64,000 nucleotides of DNA, taken from NCBI GenBank assembly GCA_002269645.1, contig NIVC01000092.1, positions 434,001-498,000 on the forward strand. The letters are read 5' to 3'. The notes beneath the pieces were generated by a model. The model saw only the letters and a list, made by a program, of their open reading frames with translations, was not told the origin of the DNA and did no database searches. This DNA comes from Macrostomum lignano (lineage: Eukaryota). This document shows positions 11,879 through 24,591 of the stretch, piece after piece. How positions within the stretch are numbered: position 1 is the stretch's first letter; every line of letters begins with the position of its first letter. A program made the translations under genes and the position numbers.

Positions 11879-14800
11879 TTAGAATTTCCTTTGTTCCAGG
11901 TGCGACTGCCACTGGTGATAATAGGGGCCGCTGTAGGGCAGCCCCATCTGTTGGTGATGGTTGCCATAGTAACTCGGCCAGAACTGGCCGAACGAGTCGG
12001 CGGCAGCTGCGGCAGCGGCAGCGGCGGCAGCAGCGGAGGCTGAGGCCGTTGATGAGGCTTCCCGCTTCATTGCCACAACCCGAAGCGATTGGCTCTGGTC
12101 TGCTGCCTTGCTGGGGCTCCTCGCTTCCGGCAGGGCTTCGGCCTGCTTGCCGCTGCTGCTGTCGCTGTTCTTGGCGGCCGCGGCTGCTGCGGCGGCTGCT
12201 GCTGCGGCGGCGGCCACCACGGCGCTGTGACTGATCTTCTTGGAGCCTCTGCGAACGCAGGTAGAAAAGAGGTGCGTAACTTATTGCAGGTTGTAAATTG
12301 CAAGCGTGAAATAGATTGACTGTTGGATAGTTAGGTGAGTAGGCTGCGGGTAGTAAGTTGACTATTAATACACTGTAGAAATATTAAATGATAGAGTAGA
12401 TGAAAGCGTAAATTGTTGACATCTTGAGTAGATAGATTTGTAGATAGATAGACAGATAAGTATGTAGGTAGGCTGGTTGGTAGACAGGTAGCTAAGCAGG
12501 AACGTAGGTGAGTAGAGGTTGGGGTTGGGTTAGATGAGGTACATGTAGAATCGTAGATAGTGAGGTAAGGTTGGTAGGTTCGCGTAGGTAGATAGAGGTA
12601 GGTAGTTAGAGATAGGTAAGCAGGTAGGTAGGTAGATAGTTAGGTAAGGTAGGTAGATAGGTAGGTAGTTAGATACTCGTAGGTAAGGTAGGTGGGTAGA
12701 TACATATGTAGGTAGGTAGGTAGCTAAGCAAGCAGGCAGTTAGGTAGGTAGAGAGGTAGTTTTAGAAACAGATAGCGCAGTCAGCTAATTGAGCGAGTAT
12801 GAAACCAGACTTAAAAACATGTAACCAGCCAGGTGCAGACCTTTTGCCGGTGACCCGGAAGCCCTTAGCGAACGGGTTGCAGTCGATCTTCAGCTGGGTG
12901 ATGCGCTGGTTCTGATAGGCGGTCACGGCAATGAACTCAGCCAGGGGGAAGTCGAAGCTGCCGTAGGCGACGAACCGGGAGGGCAGCCAGGCGGACTCCT
13001 CGATCTCGGCCACGTACAGCCGCGGCCGGTACTTGTGCATGCTGTTCAGGATGATCTGCGGGTGGCATTTTTTGGATTAGCACTTAAAATTCGTCGGTTT
13101 GCTCACTTCTCCAGATGAGTTGGAATTTCGGGATTTGGGATTGATTTGGGATTTGACGATTTGTTTGAGGATTTGGGATTTGAGGATTTAGGTTTTGAGG
13201 ATTTATGATTTGGGGATTTGGGATTTGAAGATTGGGATTTTAGTATTTAGGATATGAGGATTTGGAATTTGAGGATTGGGGATTTGAGAATTTGGGATTT
13301 GAGGATTTAGGATTCGAGGATTTGTGATTTGAGGATTCGGGATTTAAGAATTTTGGGAGTTGAGGATTCGGGATTTGAGGATTTATGATTTGTGGATTTG
13401 GGATTTCAGGATTCGGGATTTTTGAACTCGGGTTTTGAGGATTTTGGATTTGAGGATTTGGGATTTAAGGAGTTGGGATTTGAGCATTCATGGGTATTGG
13501 ATTTGAGGATTTGGGGTTTGAGGATTTGGGATTTTAGGATGTGGGATTTGAGGATTTAGGATTCGAAGATTTTGGATTTGAGGAGTTGGGATTCAAGGAG
13601 TTGAGATTTAAGCATTTTGGGGGTATTGGATTTGAGGATTTGGGGTTTGAGGATTTGGGATTTTAGGATATGGGATTTGAGGATTAGGGATTTGAGGATT
13701 AGGGATTTGAGGATTTGGGATTTGAGGATTTGGGATTTAAGGATTTGGGAATTGAGGATTTGGGATTTGAGGATTTGGGATTTGAGGATTTGGGATTTGA
13801 GGAGTTGGGATTTGAGGAGTTGGGATTTGAGGATTTGGGATTTGAGGATTTGGGATTTGGGGATTTGGGATTTTAGGACATGGGATCTGAGGATTAGGGA
13901 TTTTAGGACATGGGATTTGAGGATTTAGGATTTGAGAATTTTGGGATCAATGTAATCAACAAATCGAGATCCGAGTTTTGATATTTGTGCATCCAACTGA
14001 ACTCACGTGACCGTGTGGATCCATGCCATTATTAGTGAGCTTCATCCTGAGGAAGCTGACCGGCTGCTTGAGCCAGTGCGCCCCGCTGGCGGGCGAGTCC
14101 GGATGCATGAAGCAGCGGTGCGCCGGCGCCGGCTCGCCTTTGCCCACCACCAGCCAGCGGCTGCTCTGGAACTTCCAGCGACAGTCGGCCACGGGCTCAA
14201 CAGTGAGGTACACGCAGTAGCGCTTGTCCGGCTCCAGGCCGTTCAGCCGCAGCTTCAGCGATGGGAACATCCGCCTGCCCGACTTGGTGATGATCATCTC
14301 GGTGCCCACTGCGGCGAACGCCTCCCACAGGCGGCTGTCCTCCAGCTCGGCGTTCACCTCCGGCCCGAGACGGCGCAGAGGCGGCGCCGGCGGCGGCTGC
14401 AGCGGCGACTGCGGAGACGGCGACTGCTGGGGTAGCCAGGCGGGATGAGCTTGAGGATGGTGCTGCTGATGATGAGGCTGATGGGGATGCTGGTACTGCT
14501 GATGATGGTTCTGAAGCTGATCCTGCTGCTGCGGAGGAGGATGCGGATATGGCACCGGCGGCTGCGGCGAAGTGTCCTCGTCCGGGACAGCGGCGGCTGC
14601 AGGATCTGAAAGGTGATGCGATTGTCAAATGTTGCCACTTTGATTGTCACCTGCTGTCACTGTGATTATCACCTGCTGTCATTGTGATTGTCTTTTTTGT
14701 CACTGTGATTGTCAACTGCTGTCATTGTGATTGTCATCTGCTGTCATTGTGATTATTATCTGCTGTCATTGTGATTATCACCTGCTGTCATTGTGATTAT

Positions 14801-16969
14801 TATCTGCTGTCATTTTAATTGTCTTTTTTGTCACTGTGATTGTCAACTGCTGTCATTGTGATTATTATCTGCTGTCATTTTAATTGTCTTTTTTGTCACT
14901 GTGATTGTCAACTGCTGTCATTGTGATTATTATCTGCTGTCATTTTAATTGTCTTTTTTGTCACTGTGATTGTCAACTGCTGTCATTGTGATTATTATCT
15001 GCTGTCATTTTAATTGTCTTTTTTGTCACTGTGATTGTCAACTGCTGTCACTGTGATTGTCAACTGCTGTCATTGTGATTGTCAACTGCTGTCATTGTGA
15101 TTGTTACCTGCTGTCATTGTGATAGTCATCTGCTGTCATTGTGATTGCCATTTGCTGTCGTTGTGACTGCCATCTGCTGTCATGGTGATGGTCAACTGCT
15201 TGAAGCAATGGCTAATAAGATGACCAGACCAAGAAAACGGAATCCAATGACCAAATGACCCAATAACCACACTCAATGACCTAGTAAAAATGATCTGAGA
15301 AAAATCCCAATACAAGAATGTCAACCGCTGCAAAGAATCTTTGCCTACAAATTGCAGAGCACAAAATCAAATTACCGCCATCTGAATGCAGAAAATTGGC
15401 ATCTAGCCGCAATAAATAACAAATTTACCTCATATAGAATTCAATGTGCAATGCCATATTAGGAGAAGCTAAGCATCAATTATGCTGTGAGAAGCATTAG
15501 CGACCTTGGGATTAGTGAGTAAGATTCAGCAGGGGTCTATATAGGATCAAGGTCCTAAGGGATGATAGGCTGAGATAGGCTGAGATAGGCTGAACGAAAT
15601 TATAACAAATTTTGTTACAGGGGCTCATGAAGGAAAAAGAAGAATTACTGTTTCAAGCGTTCGGAGGGCATGCTTTGCCAGTCTAGCCATATATCTAATA
15701 TGCCACCACATCTGCAGATAGAATCACCAAGCTTTCTCTCCCTTGACCTGAGAATTTCCCTCAGATGATTCTTTGGCAAAATGAAATTAAATATACAATA
15801 AAATCATTAAAAAATAACTTAAACTTAAAGTTTCGTTAGAATTGACAATTCAGATTTGGTTAAACTAAATTAATATGTACACATTGCCAATTCAGTGCCA
15901 ATGTACATTACGCCACTGGGTGTGGGCCAACTGATAAGAAATATGAAGATGAGAAAGAGGAGATGGGGGGCTTGAAGATTTCACGGACTTGTTGAAACTC
16001 TTACAATTAGTTAAAATGGATGGCCCCTAATTATTAATCTAGCCTATGAAGTACGCGATATCTGTATGTTAGTTTGTCTTTTGGTTTATCTATAAACCGA
16101 TTGGGTCAACCTAATCTAACAAGTATAGATACATGAGGTAACAAGACATCGTATTGTATATGCGCACATTATTTTGAGTTTGAGTTATAAATGAAAACTA
16201 AATATACAACACTGCAGAACTGCAGGGGGAGACAATAAAGACTCAAATATATAGTTTTAGCCCATGTAATCACTCAAACCGAAATCCATCTTAGTTGTGG
16301 CTTGGGGCTGGCGCCACTTGGTGCTGGCGCCACTTGGTGCTGGCGCCACTTGGTGCTGGCGCCACTTGGTGCTGGCGCCACTTGGTGCTGGCGCCACTTG
16401 GTGCTGGCGCCACTTGGTGCTGGCGCCACTTGGTGCTGGCGCCACTTGGTGCTGGCGCCACTTGGTGCTGGCGCCACTTGGTGCTGGCGCCACTTGGTGC
16501 TGGCGCCACTTGGTGCTGGCGCCACTTGGTGCTGACTGACGCCTCTCGTTGTCGGTCCTCGTTGGCCCCCCGCCCCCCCCCCCCCAAAGACGCGCCCCCA
16601 GCGCAATAAAACACGCCCCTGAACAGGCAAAAGTATTACTAATTCGTAGTTTTTTGGCTTGGACTTTTAATTTTTAACACTGGCCTAGTTGATAGATGAA
16701 CAGTTAAAAATATCTAAGTCAAATTTACGCAACTGTAACTTACCTTGAAATCCGAAGCTGCTGTTGTTGTCATTATCATTATTATTATAGCTCTGATAAC
16801 AATAGGCCGCGGCAGTGGCTGCTGGCATCGACAAATTACTGCCGACGTCATTGAAGCAGTCACTGTAGTGCTGCTGCTGCTGCTGTTGCTGCGCGACATC
16901 AGCTAGATGATGCTGAGGATGATGCATTAGACGGCTACTCCAGCTGCCTGGATCGCAAGCTCCGTACAT
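11879..16969 (-). CDS. T-box transcription factor, 4 exons (16744-16969, 14007-14605, 12841-13055, 11879-12248), ~469 aa; Tbx6/Doc-like by motif inspection
   Basis: Complete T-box: [23 protein letters not shown]...[28 protein letters not shown]|[11 protein letters not shown]...[27 protein letters not shown]. All three introns are GT-AG with matching phases (1, 0, 2). Confidence 0.93.
12430..12760. repeat. (gtag/gata)n-type simple repeat in T-box intron 3
   Basis: Seen directly. Confidence 0.85.
13125..13945. repeat. ~15-bp degenerate minisatellite (gaggatttgggattt) filling T-box intron 2
   Basis: Seen directly; source of the WDLRI ORF. Confidence 0.93.
14640..15190. repeat. ctgctgtcattgtgatt-type minisatellite next to the T-box exon 2 acceptor
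   Basis: Seen directly. Confidence 0.9.
16307..16534. repeat. Perfect 16-bp tandem array (gctggcgccacttggt x ~14) in T-box intron 1
   Basis: No variant units; the 16-aa periodic ORFs equal 3 units. Confidence 0.97.
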
Positions 16970-17996
16970 GCTGGTTGCTGAGCTCAGTACAAACAGATCA
17001 AAGTCAATCGCTTCAATTAGTCCTCTTTAACTTTCACTACTTTTCACAGACCGCGATAGAAGCGCCCGGATTAAATATCATTAGATAGGCCTGGCGGTGC
17101 CTTGAGAGGGGTCGCGGGTCTTAGAGTCAGCGCTAAGAGAGAGGAATGTGGGGGGTTGGGCCGGCCACTCGTCTCCTATTGGCTGGGAGGGCTGCGCTTG
17201 CCCCACTACCCAAGCCCAGCCCCACACATCCCGACTGTTTCACTGTGTCGCTAATTCCTGCCAGAGGCCATGGAGCTTCACAAGTTGGCTTAGTTAGACT
17301 GGGACTCTCAGACTCTCAGCAGAGCAGAGCAGACAGGCAGAACAGTCAAGTCAACCACAAACCGTTTCAACCCGACAAAGGCTATCCGCTAATACCCGCA
17401 GTCCTGCTAATGGCTATTAAAAGCCGATATTTGCAAAAAATGACGATTCTAAATGAAAAGAAAATTTAAGAAATGTGCGATGACGCCAGTGAATATTATT
17501 GCATTTTACTCTAAAACTATATAGGCCGTCGGAAAGATCAAAGACCGTTTAGGGGCCGGCTTAAATGCCTAAATATAACAAACCAACCGCTCTCAGTCAG
17601 TTGCTTTTGTTTTACGTATTAGCAATGCAGTAGCATCGTATATGTTCTTATTCATTCGAATCGACGGTTTAGGGTCAAAGTTTGAGTCGAGCTTTTAGTG
17701 ATAGAGTCGCACTCGCAGAGAAGTTCAAATCAAAGCAATAAGTTGTTAAGGTACCGTTAATGTATATCTTATCTATTTATTTAGATTAAGTCGCAGACTC
17801 AATTAAGTTTCTTTGAGGACAGTTTGGTGGGCGCTTTGGAGTCGCTATGGGGCGCTTCTGCCCTGCACGGCGAATAAACGACTTCCATAGGATTGCGAGT
17901 ATTGACGGTCCCACATGGCTACCTGGCTAGTGATGACCTGTCTATAGGATTAGATGGCGCTAAAAAGGATTAAACGGCACCTAAGAGAGATTAGAT

Positions 17997-18975
17997 GGAA
18001 CCGAAGAGGGACGCCGAAGAGGGATTAGATGACGCCGAAGAGGGATTAGATGACGCCGAAGAGAGATTAGATGTCTCCGAAGAGGGATTAGATGGCGGCG
18101 GCGCTGAAGAGGGATTAGATGGCGCCGAAGAGGGATTAGATATCGCCGAAGAGGGATTAGATATCGCCGAAGAGGGACTAGATATCGCCGAAGAGGGATT
18201 AGATATCGCCGAAGAGGGATTAGATATCGCCGAAGAGGGATTAGATATCACCAGAGAGGGATTAGATATGGCCGAAGAGAGATTAGATATCGCCGAAGAG
18301 GGATTAGATATCGCCGAAGAGGGATTAGATATCACCAGAGAGGGATTAGATATGGCCGAAGAGAGATTAGATATCGCCGAAGAGGGATTAGATATCGCCG
18401 AAGACGGACTAGATATCGCCGAAGAGGGACTAGATATCGCCGAAGAGGGATTAGATATCGCCGAAGAGGGATTAGATATCGCCGAAGAGGGATTAGATAT
18501 CACCAGAGAGGGATTAGATATGGCCGAAGAGGGATTAGATATCGCCGAAGAGGGATTAGATATCGCCGAAGACGGACTAGATATCGCCGAAGAGGGACTA
18601 GATATCGCCGAAGAGGGATTAGATATCGCCGAAGAGGGATTAGATATCGCCAGAGAGGGATTAGATATGGCCGAAGAGAGATTAGATATCGCCGAAGAGG
18701 GATTAGATATCGCCGAAGAGGGACTAGATATCGCCGAAGAGGGATTAGATATGGCCGAAGACGGACTAGATATCGCCGAAGAGGGATTAGATATCGCCGA
18801 AGAGGGACTAGATATGGCCGAAGAGGGATTAGAAGTCGCCAGAGAGGGATTAGATATGGCCGAAGAGAGATTAGATATCGCCGAAGAGGGATTAGATATC
18901 GCCGAAGACGGACTAGATATCGCCGAAGAGGGATTAGAAGTCGCCGAAGAGGGACTAGAAAGCGCCGAAAGAGAT
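17997..18975. repeat. 21-bp minisatellite (gaagagggattagatatcgcc)
   Basis: Tandem array; the EEGLDIA ORF reflects the stop-free unit. Confidence 0.93.
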
Positions 18976-19774
18976 TAGAGGCGCCGCTATAATGGTAATC
19001 CATAGTATGAGACTATTCATTCTTCGAGTGCATGCAGTGTAAATGGAATTCCCATAAAGTCAGTTTGATCCAATTACAGTCTCTGTATCACTAAGGCAAA
19101 TTTTATATGTTTATACGGGATATTCGGAATATGTAGGCAACGCAACACTGCAAGGTACATTTGAGTCAGTGCAGAGGAGGTGTCAGCAATGCATGCAGGT
19201 TTATAAAATTGGCAAACAAACAAAACCCGAACACAATTGAATCGACACACACGAACTCAGAATTTGCCCGGAGACCAAACAATTCTTTATATGTTGAATA
19301 TAGTAAGGCATTGTGGCTCTTCACGCCTCTCTTGGCTTTCAAACTCTGTACATCACAGACAGGCAGTTTAGCTCAGCTCAGTGCGCAGTTTCCGTACACA
19401 AGGCAGCGCCCTGCAGCTATTTAAGCGATGCTTTGGTTTTTCATTCATTTAGCAATCTTCCAAGGTTCCAGCCTTGCGTAAGTCGGGCATGAGTCTGGAT
19501 TCATGACCTTCATGCAGTTCTTCACGCACCCGCTTGCTGCGGGGCATTTTGAATTGTAGAAATGCCATCATCAGCTTTATTGATTGAATTTCATTCATAT
19601 TTTGGCTGTGATTCTATCATAAGGTGTTGGCTGGGGTTTGGGCTAAGCAAATCTTTGCTGATCGCTATATATTTGAGCTCTCAAGTCGTATAACCAATGT
19701 TTATCTACATCTCACTCATGACTCTCACACCAAATCTTACCCATTTGACTCTCTCATACTGCACTTTGAATCTC

Positions 19775-20060
19775 TCTCACACTTTGAATCTCTCACACTC
19801 TCACTTTGAATCTCTCACACTCTCACTTTGAATCTCTCACACTCTCACTTTGAATCTCTCACACTCCCACTTTGAATCTCTCACACTCTCACTTTGAATC
19901 TCTCACACTCTCACTTTAACTCTCTCACACTCTCACTTTAACTCTCTCACACTCTCACTTTAAATATCTCACACTCTCACACTAAATCTCACACTCTCAC
20001 CCTAAATCTCGCACTCCCACCATAAATCTCACAATCTCACCCTAAATCTCACTCATTTTA
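19775..20060. repeat. ~20-bp repeat (tctcacactctcactttgaa), decaying rightwards
   Basis: Seen directly. Confidence 0.85.
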
Positions 20061-20596
20061 AATCTCACCCATAATATCAGTCTATCGCACGCTCAATCTC
20101 ACTCTCCGACTCTCAAATCCCACTCTACTTCTCACTCCCCCAACAAATCTCGCTCTGAATTTCACTCAAATCTTACCCTACACAGTCATTCTTACTATAT
20201 TAAATCAACATCCTTTCGCCAAACGGCATATTATCAAAGATGTTTTTACCACCAAACGAATGTTTCCTAGAAATTCAATTTGAAAACGAAAATGTGCTAA
20301 ATAGGGGCCTGCAGTGCGCAAACACAAGCTGATGCTGCAACTATTATTTATAACTCGAATAGCAATGGAAAAGCCAAAGTTTTTTACCTACACTATAATT
20401 ATCTAGAAACATGACTCACCTATCTCAGTTAGCACCTTTCACCTGTTCTGTCAGTCAGCTTACTGATATCATTGATTTTTTTTGCTATAACTAACCTTTT
20501 TAAGTCTCAGTTTTATTAGAAAACAATGCTGCTGCCTCAGGCTTTGATTTTAATGGGGGTGAGACTGGGCTGGGGTGACACTGAAAGAGATGGGTG

Positions 20597-22556
20597 AGAC
20601 TGGGGTGAGACTGGGGTGAGACTGGGGGTGAGACTGGGGAGAGACTGGGGGAGAGACTGGGTTGAGAAATGGGGAGAGACTGGGGTGAGAAATGGGGGAG
20701 AGACTGGGGAGAGACTGGGGGAGAGACTGGGTTGAGAAATGGGGAGAGACTGGGTTGAGAAATGGGGAGAGACTGGGGGAGAGACTGGGTTGAGAAATGG
20801 GGAGAGACTGGGTTGAGAAATGGGGAGAGACTGGGGTGAGAAATGGGGGAGAGACTGGGGAGAGAATGGGGGAGAGTGGGGGAGAGACTGGGGAGAGACT
20901 GGGGTGAGACTGGGGTGAGACTGGGGAGAGACTGGGGGAGAGACTGGGTTGAGAAATGGGGGAGAGACTGGGGAGAGAATGGGGGAGAGTGGGGGAGAGA
21001 CTGGGGAGAGACTGGGGTGAGACTGGGGTGAGACTGGGGAGAGACTGGGGGAGAGACTGGGTTGAGAAATGGGGGAGAGACTGGGGAGAGAATGGGGGAG
21101 AGTGGGGGAGAGACTGGGGAGAGACTGGGGTGAGACTGGGGTGAGACTGGGGAGAGACTGGGGAGAGACTGGGGGAGAGACTGGGGAGAGACTGGGGGAG
21201 AGACTGGGTTGAGAAATGGGGAGAGACTGGGTTGAGAAATGGGGAGAGACTGGGGGAGAGACTGGGTTGAGAAATGGGGAGAGACTGGGTTGAGAAATGG
21301 GGAGAGACTGGGGTGAGAAATGGGGGAGAGACTGGGGAGAGAATGGGGGAGAGTGGGGGAGAGACTGGGGAGAGACTGGGGTGAGACTGGGGTGAGACTG
21401 GGGAGAGACTGGGGGAGAGACTGGGTTGAGAAATGGGGGAGAGACTGGGGAGAGAATGGGGGAGAGTGGGGGAGAGACTGGGGAGAGACTGGGGTGAGAA
21501 ATGGGGGAGAGACTGGGGAGAGAATGGGGGAGAGTGGGGGAGAGACTGGGGAGAGACTGGGGTGAGACTGGGGTGAGACTGGGGTGAGACTGGGGAGAGA
21601 CTGGGGGAGAGACTGGGTTGAGAAATGGGGGAGAGACTGGGGAGAGACTGGGGTGAGACTGGGGTGAGACTGGGGAGAGACTGGGGGAGAGACTGGGTTG
21701 AGAAATGGGGGAGAGACTGGGGTGAGAAATGGGGGAGAGACTGGGGTGAGAAATGAAGGAGAGACTAGGGTGAGAGTGGGGTGAGACTGGGGAGAGACTG
21801 GGGGAGAGACTGGGTTGAGAAATGGGGAGAGACTGGGGTGAGAAATGGGGGAGAGACTGGGGAGAGACTGGGGGAGAGACTGGGTTGAGAAATGGGGAGA
21901 GACTGGGTTGAGAAATGGGGAGAGACTGGGGTGAGAAATGGGGGAGAGACTGGGGAGAGAATGGGGGAGAGTGGGGGAGAGACTGGGGAGAGACTGGGGT
22001 GAGACTGGGGTGAGACTGGGGAGACACTGGGGGAGAGACTGGGTTGAGAAATGGGGGAGAGACTGGGGAGAGACTGGGGTGAGACTGGGGTGAGACTGGG
22101 GAGAGACTGGGGGAGAGACTGGGTTGAGAAATGGGGGAGAGACTGGGGTGAGAAATGAAGGAGAGACTAGGGTGAGAATGGGGGAGAGTGGGGGAGAGAC
22201 TGGGGAGAGACTGGGAAGAGACTGGGAAGAGACTGGGGTGAGACTGGGGGAGAGACTGTGGCAGAGACTGGGGTGAGACTGGGGTGAGACTGGAGAGAAA
22301 CTTGCGCAGAGACTGGGGGAGAGACTGGGGGAGAGACTGGGGGAGAGACTGGGGGAGAGACTGGGGAGAGACTGGGGAGAGACTGGGAGAGAGACTGGGA
22401 GAGGGAGAGAGACTGGTAGAGACTGGGAGAGACTGGGAGAGACTGGGAGAGAGACTGGGAGAGACTGGGAGAGACTGGGAGAGAGACTGGGAGAGACTGT
22501 GGGACAGACTGGGAGAGACTGTGGGACAGACTGGGAGAGACTGGGAGAGACACTGG
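20597..22556. repeat. Purine-rich gagactgggg-type satellite with block duplications
   Basis: Seen directly; the 704-aa S/P/L ORF is its reverse complement. Confidence 0.95.
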
Positions 22557-23159
22557 GGACTTACTGGAGGAGAAGGAGGTTGATAAGACCTAGATTTCAC
22601 TTGCCAAAATGTTGCAAGCATCTTGGGGCCCTCACTGCATGTGATCGTCACTCGTCAGCTGCTGTTCATTGCTCAGCGTCAGCATGATGAATGAGTGAGA
22701 GTGACGGAACTGAGCAGTCGCATTGAGTGCCATATCCGGCCACTCAGCGATGGCTGCGGTGAACTCTGAGGGAATCGGCGGCAACTCAGCCTCCGGGTTT
22801 GTGTCCAGTGAAAACAAAATTAATTGCTGCTATTCAGCAAAGCGGCTGCCAAATGGAGACTGGCATCACACTTTTAGCTTCCCGATGTTGATCTGCGCAA
22901 CCTGGCAATTTAGGAGACGCGCAAGCGGTTGCACGGAGACAACACAGGACTGCAGATGTTCAAAATTTATTAATACTCTTGACTTAGTTGGGTAGTAATG
23001 GCGTCATTATTACTCATTTGATTTGCAATATTTTACGAAATTTTATACGTACATGCGTTGGCTTCTACTTGCGGTAGTGCAGATAGACATTTTCGTTTTA
23101 TTTAAAAGCTTCAATACAATGGCTTTGTTGAGCTCAATTTACAGTACACAGTACTGAGG

Positions 23160-23830
23160 AGAAAGAGGGGAGAGGCGAGAGGAGAAAGGAGAGAGGAGAG
23201 AGGAGAGAGGAGAGAGGAGAGAGGAGCGAGGAGAGAGGATAGAGAAGAGAGGAGCGAGGAGCGAGGAGAGAGGATAGAGAAGAGAGGAGCGAGGAGCGAG
23301 GAGAGAGGAGAGAGTAGAGAGTAGAGAGAGAGGAGAGAGGAGAGAGGAGAGAGGAGAGAGGAGAGAGGAGAGAGGAGAGAGAGAGAGGAGAGAGGAGAGA
23401 GGAGAGAGGAGAGAGAGAGAGAGAGGGAGAGAGGAGAGAGGAGAGAGGAGAGAGGAGAGAGGAGAGAGGAGAGAGGAGAGAGGAGAGAGGAGAGAGAGAG
23501 GAGAGAGGAGAGAGGAGAGAGGAGAGAGGAGAGAGGAGAGAGGAGAGAGGAGAGAGGAGAGAGGAGAGAGGAGAGAGGAGAGAGGAGAGAGGAGAGAGGA
23601 GAGAGGAGAGAGGAGAGAGGAGAGAGGAGAGAGGAGAGAGGAGAGAGGAGAGAGGAGAGAGGAGAGAGGAGAGAGGAGAGAGTAGAGAGGAGAGAGGAGA
23701 GAGGAGAGAGGAGAGAGGAGAGAGGAGAGAGTAGAGAGGAGAGAGTAGAGAGGAGAGAGGAGAGAGGAGAGAGGAGAGAAAACAGAGATTGGAGAAAATA
23801 GAGATTGGAGAAAATAGAGATTGGAGAGAA
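23160..23830. repeat. (agagg)n simple repeat
   Basis: Seen directly. Confidence 0.97.
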
Positions 23831-24485
23831 GAGGTGAAGGGGTAGGCCAATTCGGATTAGAATAGCAAAGAATACAAATCCTAACTGATTTCAATCAACA
23901 GTGCCACATACTACGAAACACCCATTTTAGAAAAACATCTATCTCCGCTTTTTATAGTTTTCCTTGTTATAAACATTTATAAATGCATACAAGCATTGTG
24001 GTACAGCTGATTCGGTTTGATAATTCCACTGAAGTTTGATATACCAGTTTATTAGTTATTTACCATCAGCCGGAAATATAGTACATCAAAAGATAAAAAT
24101 ATGTTTTGTACATTAAGACCTTCGTATACTCCTATTGTTCGTATTCTTATTCGAAATATCACAGGCTTCTGTTTAAATATACGAAGGGAAATGTGCGTCT
24201 TGAAGAAACGAAGTTCTCCTTTTATTTTTCGATATAAACATCTCAAACAGATATTTTTAGAAATTATACAAACACTTTTGCGCGCCACTACAGAATAAAA
24301 CTTTCCGAAAATAAAACTTCACAGAAAAAATATAGTTCGAAGAGGACAATGGTCAGATGCTCAGCCAATGGAAGGCTTAGCAGTTGCTGCAACGTATTTT
24401 TAGGTATTTAGGTATGTTTACTGTGCAATCTTAGGAAATTCTCTGTAAATGTGCATGACTAAGTTCCTAATTACAACTTATTGCT

Positions 24486-24507
24486 GTGGAAAATCCGCGG
24501 AATTTCC
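24486..24507 (+). promoter_or_regulatory. Conserved paired GGAWAATCC / GGAATTTCC motif upstream of DSL gene A
   Basis: gtggaaaatccgcggaatttcc recurs as gtggataatccgtggaatttcc at 37532-37553 upstream of paralog D. The kappaB-like reading is inference. Confidence 0.4.
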
Positions 24508-24591
24508 TTTCTAATTTCCTTATATACAAAGTTTCAATACAAACCCAACCCCAAAGCAGTTTAGGACTGTTCAATTCGAAGAAATTACAGC

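Noticed and set aside
16307-16534. CRISPR-like appearance of the regular arrays (also 1-690 and 62134-63090)
   Set aside because: No unique spacers, no cas genes, and a eukaryotic context.
17995-18978. 327-aa EEGLDIA-repeat ORF
   Set aside because: The 21-bp unit is stop-free on both strands, and there is no unique coding flank or splice support. Treated as a minisatellite.
20537-22651. 704-aa Ser/Pro/Leu ORF and similar ORFs at 10.7, 23.1, 46.4 and 48.5-49.5 kb
   Set aside because: These are translations of purine/pyrimidine simple repeats.
19450-22820. GC-rich islands with donor-like sites (22565, about 20418) and a 32-codon ORF near 19.5 kb
   Set aside because: No phase-consistent stop-free splice path was found. 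They could be non-coding or UTR exons, but that is unsupported.
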